This document shows positions 62,329-64,000 of a stretch of 64,000 nucleotides of DNA, one piece after another. The notes beneath the pieces were generated by a model that was not told the DNA's origin, searched no databases, and saw nothing but the letters and a program-made list of their open reading frames with translations. The translations under genes were made by a program, and so were the position numbers. Source of the stretch: an uncultured delta proteobacterium. Lineage in GTDB: Bacteria > Desulfobacterota > Binatia > HRBIN30 > BPIQ01. Numbering within the stretch: position 1 is the first letter of the stretch; each line of letters opens with the position of its first letter. The stretch covers positions 128,001-192,000 of the forward strand of contig CAVXGR010000013.1 of assembly GCA_963761335.1 (NCBI GenBank), in the 5' to 3' direction.

Positions 62329-62859
62329 ATGACCCGCGACGAGAAACTCCGCCTGGCTGCGAGCCTGGCACGCCTCGCTGCCCTGGCGCTCCTGCCCCTC
62401 GTCCTCGCCGCTTGCAGCAGCCGGCGGCCGGCGATCGACTGGCGCCAGGCGGCGCAATGCCGCGGCCAGATCTGCACTCTGCGCGGCACCGTCTCCGCCG
62501 CCGAGAAGAGCGGCAACGTCGTACGTCTCTACTTCGACCCGGCAGAGCGCGACATCAGCGTCGCCCTGGTGCGCGGCTGGCTGAGCCATTTCCCCGAGTC
62601 GCCGGAACGCTATTACGTCGGACGAGAGATCGTCGCCACCGGCAAGGTGCGGGGCTTCCATCAGCAGACGGAGCTGGTGGCGCGTGACGCCGACGACATC
62701 GAGGTGGTCGCTCCGCCGACCAGCGCACCGCTGGCGACTTCGACACCGCCGGCGGCGCCGCGGTCGGGCTACACGCCGTCCACACCGGCCGAGATCGAGG
62801 AGTTGCGCCAGCGCGTCCGCGACCTCGAACGGCGCCTGCATCAGCTCGAAGCGAAGTAG
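62329..62859 (+). CDS. Lipoprotein with OB-fold-like domain and C-terminal coiled coil
   Basis: GAGGAGG SD; lipobox 'LAAC'; 'YVGREIVATGKVRGF'. Confidence 0.6.
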   Translation: MTRDEKLRLAASLARLAALALLPLVLAACSSRRPAIDWRQAAQCRGQICTLRGTVSAAEKSGNVVRLYFDPAERDISVALVRGWLSHFPESPERYYVGREIVATGKVRGFHQQTELVARDADDIEVVAPPTSAPLATSTPPAAPRSGYTPSTPAEIEELRQRVRDLERRLHQLEAK

Positions 62860-62921
62860 CCCGCCTCCCTGGCGGGGCGAGCAACGCTCCGGGAGCGGCG
62901 CGACGGCGCCGCAACAATCCT

Positions 62922-62953
62922 GGAGGGGCAAGGGCGGCTGCCCCTGCCCCTCC
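62922..62953. terminator. GC-rich hairpin between convergent genes, probable atpE terminator
   Basis: GGAGGGGCAAGGGC-GGCT-GCCCCTGCCCCTCC, 6 nt after the atpE stop. Confidence 0.55.
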
Positions 62954-62959
62954 GCTGAA

Positions 62960-63289
62960 TCAGACCTTCCCTTGCAGGAAGAACGCGATGACGAGTGCGT
63001 AGATGGCCAGAGCTTCGATGAACGCAATACCGATGATCATCGGCGTCTGGATGCGATCAGCCGCATTGGGATTGCGACCGATCGACTCCATCGCTGCGGC
63101 CACCGCACGTCCCTGGCCGAGCGCGGCACCAAAGGCCGCAATTGCGATACCCAGCCCGGCCGCCAGCGCGATGATGCCGCTGGCACCGCCGTACGCGGTG
63201 GCGCCAGCCGCCTCCTGAGCGAGAGCCGCACTGCTGCCCAACGCCAGGAGAACCGCGCTGACAACGGTTGTCAGAGTTGCTTTCCGCAT
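62960..63289 (-). CDS. atpE: ATP synthase F0 subunit c with signal-peptide-like N-terminal extension
   Basis: Gly-rich helix, 'RNP' loop, 'FIEALAIY'; AAGGAGG SD. Confidence 0.95.
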   Translation of the reverse strand: MRKATLTTVVSAVLLALGSSAALAQEAAGATAYGGASGIIALAAGLGIAIAAFGAALGQGRAVAAAMESIGRNPNAADRIQTPMIIGIAFIEALAIYALVIAFFLQGKV

Positions 63290-63413
63290 CGTTCCACCCT
63301 CCTTTCTGTCGTAGTGAAACGCCCGAGCCACGCCTCTCTCATCATCCTCGCCACTCCCCGGCTCCGCAGCGTCTCCGAAAAAACGAATATCTGCCAAAAT
63401 CGAATGTCGTGCT

Positions 63414-64000
63414 CTAGTGGTGCTCGTGCGGCAGAGCCAGTGAGACGTAGATGACGCTCAACAGAGTGAACACGAACGCCTGCACCAGCGAAACGAAGGC
63501 GCCCAGCACGTAGAAGACGACCGGAATCACCAGCTTGGTGAGGTCGGTGAAGATCTCCAGCACCAGATGGTCGCCGGTCATATTGCCGAAGAGACGCAGG
63601 GCCAGCGATACCGGCCTCACCAGGTTGTCGATCAGCTCGAGCGGCACCATCAGAAAGCCGAGCCACCAGATGGGGCCGACGAAGTGCTTGATGTAATCGG
63701 TACCGCCTTCGCGAATGCCGTAATAGTTGTACATCACGAACGAGCACGCCCCGAGGCCGAAGGTGACGTTGAAGTTGCTCGTCGGCGGCCCGAACCCGGG
63801 CACCAGGCCGATCAGATTGGCCGCCAGGATGAAGATGAAGAAGGAGCCGAAGAGCGGCACGAACTGCCGGCCGCGGTGACCGATGACCCCTTCCACCAGA
63901 TGAGCCATCTGCTCGACCAGCATCTCCATGCTGTTGCGCAGCGTGAGCGAGCGGTCCGGGATCACCGGATCGGTGGCCGCCTGCAGCTGCCGATTCGCCA
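63414..64000 (-). CDS. atpB: ATP synthase F0 subunit a (5' end outside the window)
   Basis: 'NLIGLVPG', 'PPTS', 'RPVSLALRLFGNM', 'QAFVF.LL..IY'. Confidence 0.95.
   Translation of the reverse strand, partial: ANRQLQAATDPVIPDRSLTLRNSMEMLVEQMAHLVEGVIGHRGRQFVPLFGSFFIFILAANLIGLVPGFGPPTSNFNVTFGLGACSFVMYNYYGIREGGTDYIKHFVGPIWWLGFLMVPLELIDNLVRPVSLALRLFGNMTGDHLVLEIFTDLTKLVIPVVFYVLGAFVSLVQAFVFTLLSVIYVSLALPHEHH

Overview
High-GC bacterial chromosomal segment. Gene content (split F0/F1 atp operons, MYXO-CTERM-like surface proteins, Thr/Pro-linked cohesin- and dockerin-like modules) suggests a deltaproteobacteria-related lineage, possibly Candidatus Binatia; this is inference. The core is the classic origin-proximal block on the minus strand (rpmH-rnpA-yidD-yidC-jag-mnmE-mnmG-rsmG-[2 parS]-parA-parB-bactofilin-atpF'FHAGDC-alaS-phoH-ybeY), with atpB-atpE about 21 kb away and no dnaA beside rpmH. 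Other blocks: a flippase/phosphatase/aminotransferase-MurF-fusion operon, an acyl-CoA cluster, gshA to prfB (programmed frameshift), a DEDD/GIY-YIG nuclease, glpD-(alkyl-DHAP-synthase-like)-glpK, hydantoinase/oxoprolinase A/B, and several REP/MITE-like repeats. The most striking feature is a two-gene operon at about 53.7-60.1 kb: a secreted FG-GAP protein ending in a dockerin-like module, directly followed by a roughly 1600-aa scaffoldin-like protein with three cohesin-like domains and five DUF11-like repeats and no CAZyme. It is a candidate non-cellulosomal cohesin-dockerin surface complex. Several frameshifts in the surface-protein genes may be long-read sequencing errors. I saw no rRNA, tRNA or CRISPR array.
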